This document shows, piece by piece, positions 11,321-24,271 of a stretch of DNA of 64,000 bases. The DNA is from Octopus bimaculoides (Eukaryota). The notes beneath the pieces are model-generated. The model did not search any database and was not told the DNA's origin. It saw nothing but the letters and a program-made list of their open reading frames with translations. Numbering within the stretch: the first letter of the stretch is position 1; every line of letters begins with the position of its first letter. The stretch is from contig NC_068984.1 in assembly GCF_001194135.2 (NCBI RefSeq), positions 133,532,883 to 133,596,882 of the forward strand. The letters run 5' to 3'. Both the position numbers and the translations under genes were made by a program.

Positions 11321-12209
11321 ATATAACAGTGGCGATGAAGGTTTTGCAAGATGCAACAATGGTGATGAGGATTCTAATTTTATGCACTACACAACATTAG
11401 GACACAGAAGAAGCAAAACAAATAATATAAGTCCATTTGAAGGATTTCAGTCAGGTCACTCATGTGTTAGTAGAGCTACCAGTAAGACTGTAAAGCCAGT
11501 ACTACCTGGAGCATTCTGGAGGAAAAAATTTTGTGTATGAAATAGAACAAAAAAAAAAAATTTTTTTTAATAATACAAGTCTATTTGAAGGATTTTAGTC
11601 AGGTCACTATGCGTTGGTAGCACTACTGGTAAGAATTTAGAACTGGTACTACCTGGGGCATTGAGGAGAAAAAAATTCTGTGTGTGGAAGAAATGGAAAT
11701 GGAATGTGAAAAAAAAAAAATTTGGAAAAAGATTTTGTTGTAATACATAGTTAAAAAAAATAATTCAGTGTGTGGAAGAAGAAGAAATGGAATAATAATA
11801 AAAAAAATATAATAATGTTGTGTGAAGAAAAAAAAAATCTCAAAAGGAGAAGTGTTGTGGAGGACATCCTGAGTGAGACAAATGGGCTGTTCCACCACAA
11901 ATAAATAACAGACAGACACAACGAGTGGACGGCGAGGTACACCGTTCAGGTCAGTCACGCAGACAACAAAGTACACCGTTATGATGCGGGACATATCAGT
12001 GTCGACCAAGATACAACAGATATTCAGAAGGTCTCCACAATAATGGGAAGATGATTTAGTAAAACAATTTGAGCCAAGATGGAAAAAAAAAAAACAAGAA
12101 GGAATTGGAAGTGCATTGTGACCAGTGATGTATAACATATGATAGTCTGGGCGATAGAGGCTGTTATTAATTATATAAACAAAGAACACAAAAATATTTT
12201 TTAACCTAC

Positions 12210-12291
12210 CAGTTATGATATCTTTCCTAAAATAGAACTTTCCCAAGCGTGCAGCATTGTTCTGTTGAGCAGTTACCATATTTTCATCAAC
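12210..12291 (-). CDS. GCLC: GCLC exon 13 (VDENMVTAQQNNAARLGKFYFRKDIIT)
   Basis: AG/GT sites. 82 nt, phase 0-1, matching the phase of exon 14. Matches VDENMKVAQKRDAVLQGMFYFRKDI. Confidence 0.93.
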
Positions 12292-13134
12292 CTACCATAA
12301 GAAAAATAAGATAAAAATCTACAAAAGAGCAAAACTATCAAATTGTATACAACTTACTGGAAGACCACATGCATCTAGGAAAGTCTCTGTGGATTTAGAA
12401 GTTGATGGCTTGCATTCTAACTGTGAAAGTTAGTTACACCTACTTCAAGTTTATGTCAAATGACGTTTTAATTCAAGGAAAGAAATACAGGTTGACGCCA
12501 TCGTCATCGTTTAATGTCTATTTTCCATGGGTCGGACAATTTGATTGACAGGAACTGATAAGCCAGAAGACTGGGCTGACCTCCAATGTCTGCTTTGGCA
12601 TGGTTTCTAAGGTTGGATGCCCTTAATAGCAGCAACAGATAGTAATTATAAAATGAATCGATGTATGTAAGCACAGCTATGTCTGTTTGGTTAAGAAATT
12701 CACCTTAAAACCATGTTGTTTCAGGTTCAATTCTGCTGTGGCACTTTGGGCTGGTGTTTTCTACTAAAGCATCTGGAGTGAATTTGATAGATGAAAACTG
12801 TGCAGGAGCCATGTGCACGTGTGTGTGTGTGTGTGTGTGTATGTGTGCCTGAGAGAGTGAGTGTGAGTGTCTGTGTGTATTTGCATCTTGGCATCATGTG
12901 TTGGTTTTAAGTGAGCATCACCATGACAGAGGTGATGTAGATTTTTTTCCAGTCTTCCATGACAAGTGTGGAAAATATTACGTTGCTTGGAAAGGGGATC
13001 CAAGCCATAGAAAATCTGCCTCAGTGAATTCATTCTGACCCATGTAAGCATGGAAAAGTGGGTGTAGAATGATGATGATGGTCATTATGATGATAATGAT
13101 GACAATGATGAAGATTGATATTCCTGTAGCTTAC

Positions 13135-13239
13135 CTTTGATATGGGAATTAATAAGTTCAGCTTGAAAGTTAAAATAGCTCGAGTAACGAGAACAATAAA
13201 TACAACATAGGCTGCGTTTTCAAAGTCAGATAACTGAAT
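13135..13239 (-). CDS. GCLC: GCLC exon 12 (IQLSDFENAAYVVFIVLVTRAILTFKLNLLIPISK)
   Basis: ctttgcAG acceptor and GTAAGC donor. 105 nt. Near-identical to VQLTDFENSAYVVFVVLLTRVIL. Confidence 0.96.
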
Positions 13240-14077
13240 CTGCAAAGAAAGCAAAGACAACGAATAGCATCTGTAATAAGAGAGAGACGAGATGAGTAAC
13301 AAAAGTCACAATAACAAACAGAGATGACAGAGAATGCGATGACATATGTGAGATGGATGACAAGAAGAAAGTGAAACTGCTTCACTACAAAGGTAGAATA
13401 ATGCACACATCAATGGTACAATACATAAGTGAAATAAAATTAGGAACTTGCTATTTCAACCATTCTACCACTACTTCTATTTCTTTCAAACAAACAAGCA
13501 GTTAATAAGAGCAACTGTTTTCTAATACAACCTTATCAGTAGTTAGGTTGCAATTGTGCAGGGAAAGTTTTGACAGCTAATGAAATGAATCTGATCATTT
13601 AGCATTCAAACCAACCATATGTGGCTCAAATATTCTCCCTGACCAGACAAACTGACCAGATCAGGCCTCTCAAAGCTATGCTACAATGTCATTCTAAAAC
13701 TATACAATTATGCTATTGAAATCTCAAAGCTACAAGATAATATATTTGTTCAAAACAATATGAATAAATAAGCGTTACATTTAACAGAGAAATCTGAATG
13801 TTAAATGGTTAAAGTGAATGTCCCTTACTTGAAAAACAGATAAGGGTTACTGATAGAAAGGGCATCTGGCTGTAAAAAACAATACCTCAATAATATATTT
13901 GGCTAACCTAAGCAAGCATGAGAAAAAGAGATGTAAAAACAAATAAAAGATTGAAAAACATTCAGAGAATATCATTCTCTTCAGCAAGAGGCCAAAATTT
14001 CATACCATGACATTATTAGTGCTCACAGAAGTATAAATCAGTTACTTCACTGATTATAAAGAGTGATTCTATCTTAC

Positions 14078-14170
14078 CTCCATTGGTCTGAATTCAACTC
14101 TCCAACCAATGTTGGAATCTGGTGGGGGAGGTTTAAATCTTAATGACTGCCAATTTGTTGATTGGATATT
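14078..14170 (-). CDS. GCLC: GCLC exon 11 ([31 protein letters not shown])
   Basis: ctttgtAG acceptor and GTAAGA donor. 93 nt. Contains the signature GWRVEFR substrate-binding motif. Confidence 0.97.
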
Positions 14171-14954
14171 CTACAAAGAAAAAAAAAATGTATGTGATAT
14201 TTGAATACAAAATTATATGGTTTGAACTAGGAATTGAAATTACAACATGTGGATGGTTAAAAACTTTGCCACTCATTATTGTATTTGCATGAAAACAGAA
14301 AGCTAAATTACATTCAGTATTTAAGATTTTTCTGAGGAATTCTTGCTGATGGATTGAAACGTTACTTGTTTATCACTAATTTATTCATTACTTTTCAAGA
14401 ATAACACAGTACATGTCACACTTCTCATGAATTGATCTATCATAACATGGGTTGGCAATCAGTCAAAGATTCTACATGTTTTGATATTTTTTCAGTTTTT
14501 AAAATTTATTTATTGATCATATGTTATGAAATTTTAGTCTAAACATTTTCCAAATATGAAACAATATCATTATGTGTGTTTAAAATTGTTTAAAATAAAA
14601 ATGTCAATTGGGTAAGTTAAAGGAATAACTGGGGGGTTNNNNNNNNNNNNNNNNNNNNNNGGGGGGGGTCTTGCAACAAAAGCTATTTTCCCATATTTTC
14701 CCAAAAGCTATTTTCTATTATTCTTTTATCATTGATTCATTTAAAACAATGTTTATTTCTCTTTTTGTTTTGGAATCAATCACCCATGATAAGCAAGGGT
14801 AAATGTACTTCCCAGATTCTAGAAAAACTCACTTGAGAAAATCCACATAGTAACCGACCTAGCCAACTTACTCAACTATAATCTCCAATGTAATTAACTG
14901 GTCATCTAAGGTCCTCATAAACCAATGAAACAGCTACATACAAATGAAACTTAC

Positions 14955-15067
14955 CTCAAAATGGTCCGTATCAGTACTATCGTTCTGGTTAATCTTTTCT
15001 TCAAACAAGGAGATAGGATCTCGAATGAAGAGATGGGCAATATGCTGGGAGAGCAAATCATCAATAC
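14955..15067 (-). CDS. GCLC: GCLC exon 10 ((G)[37 protein letters not shown])
   Basis: gtcAG acceptor and GTAAGT donor. 113 nt, phase 1-0. [10 protein letters not shown] motif. Confidence 0.97.
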
Positions 15068-15949
15068 CTGACAAATATAATATTTTATTTTTCATTCACT
15101 TATTTGTGGTCCAGAAATTAAAACTCCAAAATACAATGTGGATTGACCACTTGACTGAGTTACACTAATTTGCTAGCTACTAAACAACCACAAGTTTCAG
15201 TTTGTTATAGATGGTACTATGCAATATCTATCAATAGAATGCATTTAACAAAGAACACACACACAAACATCAAACAATGGAAAAGCAATTATCAATTAGA
15301 AATCTGATATTGAATTTAGCGATTGACTTTGCATAGAATGTTCTGCTAAATCAGTGTTACATTAAAAAAATCTTCAAAATCTTATCCTTGAATCATTAGG
15401 AATCTCTATCTTTAGAGCTGATACCAGAACAATTACACAATAACAATGTTGGGATCACAGTAGTAAGAGTACCACAACACATCTGGTCAATTTAATCATA
15501 GTAGATTGTATATAGTCATATTTCACATGTGTATGTACATTCAGACATGGAAAGACAATTACACTGCACAAGTTATCTAAAGACAAGAAATTCTCCTTAT
15601 AGATAATATAGGTGTAAACATGCCTGTAGGCCATGAATGACATCACAAGCTCTTCCTGACAACAGGTTTTGCTCTTCAAAGTTGAGTTCCACTCTTCGTA
15701 GTTAATGATAGAAAAAGCACATATTTATAAAAATAAGTGTTCTAACAATACAATGTGCAAATGACTTACATTTGTCAAAACCATACAATACATTCTAATA
15801 TGGAAAAATACAAGAAAAACAGTTAAAGATTTTTACAGATATAACAACTCATGAAAATTTAAATGAAAAGTTGTAGTGATGGCTAAAAAAAAAAACAGCA
15901 CTTACGATTGAAATTTACAGCATAGATTGGAAAACTGCATAAGACATAC

Positions 15950-16088
15950 CTTCAGCCATTAACTCTTCATAAATCTCTTTGTCATACACCAACTGTAAAT
16001 CATTGTAGCAACGACCTTCTTCGGACAAGTAACTGTCGATGGAGTCATAGCGAGATTTATTGATCAAAAATCGATCATGTTTTAAAGG
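15950..16088 (-). CDS. GCLC: GCLC exon 9 (PLKHDRFLINKSRYDSIDSYLSEEGRCYNDLQLVYDKEIYEELMAE)
   Basis: ccttcAG acceptor and GTATGT donor. 139 nt, phase 0-1. KSRYDSIDSYL motif. Confidence 0.97.
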
Positions 16089-16399
16089 CTGAAGGAAAAA
16101 TTTCATGTTTGAGCAACAGAAGAGTAAAGAAAAAAAACAAAACAAATGAAATCAATAATTAGATCATTAAGCTGAACTCAGTGACATAAATTTTCCCTTC
16201 CATGATCACCAACTAGTAAGGATTTAGATATATCTTATAATCTTCTATATAAGTGACTAGACAAGAAAATCTTAACCCAAACAAATCTCTGTCACCTTAA
16301 ATGATGTGAAGAAACTGAGTTCAAGTTCTTAGATCTTAGAAAACATTTCTAATAAAGACTAAAATTATTTGAAAAGTTGATGTTTGAAAATATTCACAA

Positions 16400-17080
16400 G
16401 GTTGGACAACAGAATGATGGTTGAATAGTAGAAATCCAACCATCCACTTTCACTACTGACTATTCCTGGGTGGGTCATGAGGGTAAGGTCCTCAAGCAGA
16501 TCCTGCATAGGGTCCTATCAGAAGCAGCTATCATTAAACCTTCTTGCTAGATTTCCAAGCATGACCAGCTGAGACGATGAATATTTTCCAACCACCTCAC
16601 TCATAGATTACCCCTAGGTCTTCTGCCAGTTGGCTCAGCTTCAAGAATCTATCTTGTGATCCTTTTCTGTGGTATTCTAGCCACATGTCTGTAGTGCCGG
16701 AACTGTGACCTCTCAAATGCAGAGAAGTAGTGGTTCAACCTAGGGAGATTCTCTGATCCCCAATCTATGCAATCTGTCAAGAAATGTTACTCCAGAGATT
16801 CTTTGGAGGAACTTCTTTTCACAATCAGACTCTTTCAGTCATTGTCCAACATTTGTGGCCATAAATGAGGACAAGCAGCAAATTTGGCTTTTTCACTAAC
16901 AGTTCTTCTTCTAAGGATTAAATACTGAAGCTGGCACATCACTGTGCTAGCAACTGCAGTTCTAGCATCCAATTCAGCCTCCTACTTCCCATCATTCATG
17001 AATACATCTGCAGGATACTTAAACATCTCCACTTGACTCAGTGATGTTCCACTAACATGCACTGAGAGGATTTTCTTGAA
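16400..17080 (-). mobile_element. RTE-clade LINE 3' remnant
   Basis: Minus translation includes VEMFKY..AELDAR..AS.VM..and ERSQFRHYRHVARIPQKRITR*ILEAEPTGRRPRG...RWLENI, with stops and frameshifts. Confidence 0.7.
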
Positions 17081-17113
17081 AGGACCAATATCTCAGCCTT
17101 CACAACACTTAGT

Positions 17114-17343
17114 TTAACCCCTTCATTACTGTATTCATTTTGAGAGGCTCTGTGTTTCTTTCAATTAATTTTAAATATAACAAAGTATTTAGTAAAATAA
17201 CATAGTTATCATTAAGCTAGTGTTAGGAGCATAAATTGTGACTAAGGTTTGGTGGAAGATTTTAATTCAAAACTTACGAAAACAAGACATTTGTACTACA
17301 GAGCCAGAGGCGGTTTCAGCTGGGTTGATATCAAAAGGGTTAA
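17114..17343. mobile_element. piggyBac-type MITE
   Basis: TTAA-CCCTT ... AAGGG-TTAA termini. Confidence 0.7.
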
Positions 17344-17691
17344 AATAACTAAAAGATGAAATTTGAAGAGTTAGCAATGGTAGCAGCATTCTCTGTTATT
17401 CTTTTCGATTTAATAAATAACAATTCAGGTTAATCAAAACTTATAGAAATTTTTCTATTAAGTTTGTTGGATCAAGTTTTACAAAGACAGAGAGAGTTAC
17501 AAATATGAACATTTCTCTCTTATTACTAAGGTGACATGATTGCTTAAAAGAATAAAAGAGAGAGAAAACTCAACAACTATTCACTTCCATTGCTAACAAA
17601 GATTCTCAACCTTCTTATTTCATTCAAGAAATGTTTCCTTCCAAAAAAAAAAAAACTCATTCAATAACTCGGCTGGACAAAACAGACTTAC

Positions 17692-17808
17692 TTCTAAACC
17701 ACGTTCTTCCCTGGTGCGGTCATCAACTGATTGAACAATGACACTCCAACGACAGTCTGTGTCAGCTAAATAGCCACGGTAAATCGGAGCAGCTGCACTT
17801 AGTGCCAT
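17692..17808 (-). CDS. GCLC: GCLC exon 8 ([39 protein letters not shown])
   Basis: cacttcAG acceptor and GTAAGT donor. 117 nt. DCRW..I..SVDDRT motif. Confidence 0.97.
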
Positions 17809-18397
17809 CTGAAGTGTAAAAAAGGGGATTCTCAAGTTACTCAATATTCAGAGATTAACTAATTTTTAAAGAAAAGATTGATACAAAAAAAAAATAATAA
17901 TTAAAGAAAAAAATTAGCTAGAATTTTCCGAAATAGTTTGTGGCTGTCATTTTGCCATGTTAAACAGAAGTGTAATAAGTCATCTGTGAAGAAAGCAATT
18001 GATTTTAAACAAGAAAATAGAGCTGATCTAAAATGTGAATCTTAATAGAGAGGAAAGATATATTATTTTAAAGACTAATGAAATGCTATCAAATATATAC
18101 AGAGAAAAGGAATAGAATATTTTCAAACATAGACCATACAAAGATCTATAGTACTAAACTATATATACAGTACAATGGTGAAGAATACAAACTAATATAC
18201 CCTATACAAATTATTAAAAAAAAAAAATATATACAGTACAGTACTGTTTCAACTTTGTGGATTTTCACCTATCGTGGGGTGTTATGGAATGTAACACCCA
18301 TGATAGTCGAGGGATTACTGTATACTGGAAGCAGATTGGATGACAATAATCCACATGGAGTTCTAAACAACAGTAGTAGCAGTTGTACATCTTTTTT

Positions 18398-18599
18398 ACA
18401 CACAGGGGTGCTGAAAAGTTCCTGGCTTTGAGTAAAAGAAATACAGGAGGATCAGTTAATTATGATTTTATTCAACATGTTTTCCTCTCAGATTCACACA
18501 CTTGTTGCAGCGATCCTTCAGCTTTTCTAAGTCCTGCAAAAGAACTCGGTTGGGCCTTACCAACCAGGTCTTTCGCAATACCCTTAAAGCCAGGAACTT
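18398..18599. mobile_element. Mariner-type MITE, right end truncated by (TG)n
   Basis: TA-CACAGGGGTGCTGAAAAGTTCCTGGCTTT at the left and its inverted portion AAAGCCAGGAACTT at the right. Confidence 0.6.
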
Positions 18600-19616
18600 G
18601 TGTGTGTGTGTGTGTGTGTGTGTCAGTGAAATACTGCTCAACCTACATTGATATAAAAGGATGTAGAAGGGACAAAGGTGTAGAATATTCAATCACTAAG
18701 ATTTCATAAAAGAAAAAAAAAAAAAATCAAGATTAACAAAGCAAAAAAAAATAAAATCAAGAAAACAAGTAAACAGAAATATTTCCCTCAATTGAAAACA
18801 TTAGTAAATGTTTTAAAATAAAGTGTTTCACAAACAAAAATCTGACAAAGTATAATACTACACAATATTGTTTTCCATACGAAAACAGAGAAAATAAATA
18901 AAATAAATCATAAAAGTGTGTGTGTGTGTGCATGTATGCAGAAGAAGTAATAAAAATAACAAAAAAAGACAAAAATTTAAAAGTCTTAGACTATCTCTCT
19001 TCCCTCAACCCTCCTCTCTTCCTTCTGCTTCATGTTTAACACAACTGTTGTGATACTAAGAACATGAGAATTCAAAAAACTCAAAGCATGTTTGGTTAAC
19101 GTTATTTTCCTTTCCAAATGAAACAAGACATTGAGTAAGATTTTGTCTTTCAAACAATAGACCCTATGTATAACTCCCCACTTTCTCTCTCCCCTACCAT
19201 TCACCAACCGTCAATGGTGGTGGTGGCGGCAGTGGGGAAGATTTTTATTTTATTTATTATTTTTTTTTTTTTTGCCCTTTCTCACTTTTACACGATGGCT
19301 CCAGAGGCTTTGCTCAGCGACAATGTTCAGTTTGGAATATAAAATAAATAACCCAAAACTAACAGACCAGTTCATTGCCCAGTACAAGGACAAGCAAAGG
19401 GAGGCGAACTTAAAATGAATAAATACTTTTATTTACATTAGTTTCTCTCCTTCCCCACACGAAAAATAAATAAATACACGTCTATTTACTCCACATTCAA
19501 ACAAACGTCTCTATTTGTTTCAATTTCCATGGAATATATTGATGATATATCCAGTCTTTTGTCTTTCACAATTTCTTTTTTCATTTTTTTTTAAAAAAAA
19601 AGAGTGATCTGTCGCA

Positions 19617-19650
19617 TATAAATGGTGAGAATTACCCTGCCAAGTATCAG
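19617..19650 (+). promoter_or_regulatory. Putative TATA box and initiator of the nested collagen-C1q gene
   Basis: TATAAA at 19617-19622 and TCAG initiator-like motif at 19647-19650, ~30 nt downstream. An in-frame first exon follows. Confidence 0.5.
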
Positions 19651-19702
19651 AACTGGATATAGGTGCACAAAGTGACGATTGTTAATTCATCTCTGGACTT
19701 AT

Positions 19703-19734
19703 ATGGCAGGGAAAATTTCTCACCCACTCGTCAG
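19703..19734 (+). CDS. Nested collagen-C1q gene, predicted coding exon 1 (MAGKISHPLV(R))
   Basis: ATG at 19703 and donor CAG|GTAATA at 19735. The phase-2 end splices in frame to the acceptor at 21014 (AG|G AAG TGG ATG). Confidence 0.55.
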
Positions 19735-19790
19735 GTAATAACTCAAGTGATTTTTTATACAATGCACTATAGCATACATACATTGCTCTT

Positions 19791-19822
<32 letters not shown>

Positions 19823-21014
19823 ATGCACACACATACATACACACACTTTTTGAACTTATTAAGATAACAAGGCAGTCACTTTAAGCTGAAGATAACACCA
19901 TCATATTTCAAATACATTCTAGTAAGAATCATAAACCAGGGTGAATGCAGGTTAAATTTATTTTTAAAAAAATAAATAAATAATAATAATAATAATAATA
20001 ATAATGTTGAAATTATTGTGTATAGTGCTCAGGTGCACTACAACTCATCAAAGGTGCATGTACATAGAATTATGTACAAAAGTTAGGAAAGTGAACAGTG
20101 GGTCAGATAGAATTTGCTGAGGTAGATTTTCTATGGCTGGCTGTCATTCCTGTCAAAAACCCTCACCTGGTTCCAAGTAAGGTAATGTTTCCTCAAAAAC
20201 CAGACATGTTTTTACTGGAAGACTAGAAATGAATGACATCACTTGTATGACAGTCAAATGCATATGTGTGTGCACATGTGTGTGTGAGTGTATCGCCTTT
20301 TCTTGATATCATACAATGATTGTAAACAATTTTATGGAAGCAAAAATTAAACAAATCATGAGACAAAAGACTTGCTAAAAGCCACAACAGCTCAAATGCT
20401 TTATAAATACATTATATTTGAAAAATATTTTGACAATGCTCAAAGAAAATGTACTGCTAATGAGTCACGTGTCTAACTTGTGCTATGGCCAAGCTCTCTA
20501 TAATAGCAACTGTCAATAAAATAAAAGATTCATAATTGTGAAGAGGTGTTAACATCATATAAGTGGTGTCCTTCATTTCCAATCTTCCATGAAAACATGT
20601 CTGGCCAACCCTCACCTGTTTCCAAGAAAGGTAATATTTCCCATGACCAGAGATGTTTTCATGAAAGACTGGATATGACACTCATTTACAACTATTAGGC
20701 AATGTCCAGACAAGGAGGCCATAACACACACACACACACATGATGGACTTCTTCCAGTTCCTGCCAACCAAATTCACTTGCAAAGCTTTAGTTGGCCTGG
20801 GGCTATAGAAGAAGACACTTGCCCAAAGTGCCACACAGTGGAACTGAACTCAAAGCCATGTGGTTGAGAAGTAAACTTCTTACCACATTTGCACTTTAGC
20901 TACACAAGTGCCTCAGAAATGTTAACAGCAGACATTATATGATAAACGCATTGATTAATCCATATATGATAATAATTATCATTGTTAGAGTTAATGAAAT
21001 TATTCACCTTTCAG

Positions 21015-21691
21015 GAAGTGGATGAAAATGTACCTGATGAAGATGCCAGTTCAGGTAACAAGTTATGTTTCTCTAAATTGTGGTCATCTACACTCGACTG
21101 GATGTTTAATTATCTTGAATTCCTTGCTATTGTTGTCTAGTCTTCAGCCAGCAGCAGGTATTGTCTTTGAGAAAAGTAACTTTACAAACTCTCCAAACAA
21201 CACCGTAGAAACCGAGAACAGAACTGCTGGAACGAGGTTTTACTTCAACCAAACAAATAGTAAGGAAAATATTTCATCGACAAAAATGAAACTCCCTTAT
21301 CAAGATAAAGATAACGAAGTAAATTATTCTACTTCAAATATCAGAATTAAAAATAGAGAGACATTAGATACAACTAATAGGGCTCAAAATTTGCCATTTA
21401 CTGAGAAGGATGGTTTGAACAAGATTCTAAGACAGCACAATACAAGGAACACGCATCAACCCAAAGCAAGAAATGAAGAGATTGTTATGGACAACTTGAA
21501 TGCAATGCCAAATAATTTGAGCATTATTGTTGAGACAACCAGCTATAAAATAAAGCTTCCATCAGCAACAGATACAGCACTATCTCCAACTGCACCACCA
21601 GTGTCTAAATATTCAGCAGAGATGTGTCAGCCGAACACATCAACCCCAATGAATCTGACGGTGAATGTGGCTTCTGCAACGGCTGCGAGTG
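21015..21691 (+). CDS. Nested collagen-C1q gene, exon 2: signal-peptide-like segment and N-glycosylated Ser/Thr/Asn-rich stalk
   Basis: Acceptor cacctttcAG at 21014 and donor G|GTAAGT at 21692, phase 1. 677-nt open frame. Hydrophobic GCLIILNSLLLLSSLQPAAG. Nine N-x-S/T sequons. Confidence 0.85.
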
Positions 21692-23672
21692 GTAAGTCAA
21701 CTTCATTGCCGTCATTCTTATTTTATGTCAATAAAGTTTCACTTTGAACAAAATTCAACAAAAGGCCATGCAGCACATCATTTTTTGAATCCTCACTCCA
21801 ATAACTATTACTGGATATGTATTTACATGTGTGTGTTTGTGCATCAATACATATACACACGCACACATCAACATTTAATGACAACTTTTCCATGCTTGCA
21901 TGGGTCAGCTGGAATTAGTTGAGGCAGATATTTCTCTATGGCAAAACATGTTTTTCATGGAAGACAGGAAACAAGCAGTGCCTCTTTTATAACAGACAGT
22001 GATGCTCGTTATAATCATTACATGATATCAAGACAAGAGTAAACACACACACACACACAAAGCACCTTTCAGTTTTTGTCTTCCAAATCTATTCACAAGA
22101 CTTTGGTTGGCCCAGGACTATAGCAGAAGACATTTACCCAAGATGATGTGCACTGGGACTGAACGCAAGACAACATTGTTATGAAGCAACCTTCTTAACT
22201 ACACAGCCATGCCTGTACTTATATATATATATATATTTATATATAGAGTGTTCTTAGGTTGGGAAATTTTATATATTGGGATACAGAGGTGACAAATGTA
22301 TTCAATTTCTGGGATGGAATGGTTAACTACTTCAGATCCAAACTTCCTTCAAGAATATTCTGAAAATTATTGTGGCCTTTTGTCAGGCTGCAAAAATTAT
22401 GCCAGATGAACCAGAATTTTTCAAAACAACTGATATGTCTGTCTTCAAATCATCTACGTAAGAAATTTGATGTTGAATATATATATAATTTAGTGTGTGT
22501 ATGCACACACTAAATATATATACAACGGAGTTGTTCTGGATTGTTAGACAAGGAGTTATCTCCCTTGTCATTTGTTTCATTGAGATACATTAGGTGCTTG
22601 CGCACACAATTTCATGACTGCATAGATATACATTCTCTCTTTCTCTCTCTCTCTCTCTCTCACACACACTCATAGGTACATGCTCTCTTGCACTTACACA
22701 CGCATTCGTTCATTTCAATAAATATGACCCCTCATTACGTATTTAAGTATTTTCAGCAACAAGAGAGAAAACAAACTTTGTAAGAAGTATTAATATTTGC
22801 AATTTGAATATTGGACACATTGCCTGCACCAGAAGAAGAGAGATGAGTGTTTAGAGCATAGGCACATGATTAGAGTGAATAAACATGTACCAGTAGATGG
22901 TAGCTTTCGTAGATATAAATCAATGAAATTTTGGAGTGTGACAGTCAGATGAGACATTTATACATAAAGTTTAGTTTGTCAAGCTAAACTTTCATGTTAA
23001 ATGTCAAAGCATAAAATTGAATCAACATTTACATTTGAAATTGTACTCTCTTCCTTTAGCTCATGCTGATATTTCCCATCAAGCCACACCTCCACATCTG
23101 TTCACCACTCACTACACTCACCTCTACTTCCATCTCTAACCATTTGTTACTCTCTCCTCACATACTTATAATCTCCCCCCCCCCTTTGTTCCATTGTCCA
23201 TATCCTCTCTTATGCTCATCTCCTAGTTCCCTGAGGGTTTGTCTAGGCACCCCCTCCATCACTACCAGCTTATTTTCTCCTCAGCTATACCCACACACCT
23301 TTATATAATGTGGGGTAGCCACATATCTTCTTTATAGCAAGACATCTGCATTTGTCCCTCTGTCATAATTTAACTTCACTACACTTGGTATAAAGTTATC
23401 TCCCTCTTAGCTAAGGGGGCTTTTTCTTTTTTCTAGTTTTTTCTCTGTCTTGCAAGTTACTTGGTGACTTTACAAGTGCTGGTGGCATAAGAAAAGCATC
23501 TTAACATAGAAAAGCAGAGAACTTCTCTAGAATCACATGTGTGTATATTCAAAGTATCTCATGAAATTATATCTTTATGTTTTGACAAAAAGCAAGATCT
23601 ATGTTTTGAAAACACATGAGATGTCTGAATTAAATTTTCTAAAATATTAATAGATTTATTTTTATTATTCAG

Positions 23673-24271
23673 GTCCTCCAGGCCCTAAAGGATCTCCAGG
23701 TGTTCCTGGTAGAAAAGGAGAGCCAGGTAGACCAGGGCCTATGGGCCCCAAAGGTAGTGAAGGAGACAGAGGCTATACTGGAATGAAAGGTGCAGTAGGG
23801 AAAACTGGAAAACAAGGACTGAAAGGAGAGAAAGGTGAAAGAGGCATGTCAGGTCGGCCTCAATCACAAGCAGCTACGTCAGCCATACTCACCAAACATT
23901 TTGGTCCAGCAGAAGAGGTTATTGTTCCTTTTAACTTGGTCCTTATTGATTCAGGTGACAACTATGACAACAATACAGGTGTTTATATTTGCACGATACC
24001 AGGCATTTATGTAATGTCAGTGTATGTGATGTCTCATCCAGGTTCCATTATCAATGGCAGGATCTACATCAACAACCGGCCTGTCGCAGCCCTCTGGACA
24101 GATGACAATAAAAAGGCAGGTTTCTATCCATCAACAAGTATTCAGATAATCAGTAGATTGGAGTTTGGTGATCAAGTATATATCAAACTTGTTAGTGGAT
24201 ATGGTAAAAGCTGGGTGCATGCAAATTATAATGCTTTTTCCATATTTCTTTTGTATGAAGACATTTTCTAA
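23673..24271 (+). CDS. Nested collagen-C1q gene, exon 3: 21 Gly-X-Y triplets and C-terminal gC1q domain (C1qTNF/otolin-like)
   Basis: Acceptor tttattattcAG at 23672, phase 1, matching exon 2. GPP-GPK-GSP...GRP repeat. C1q motifs [27 protein letters not shown] and FSIFLLY. TAA at 24269-24271. Confidence 0.95.

Noticed and set aside
11623-12279. 218-aa minus-strand ORF suggesting an alternative GCLC C-terminus
   Set aside because: It is exon 13 read through its donor into T-rich duplicated repeat sequence (poly-Phe/Ile). Low complexity explains the lack of stops.
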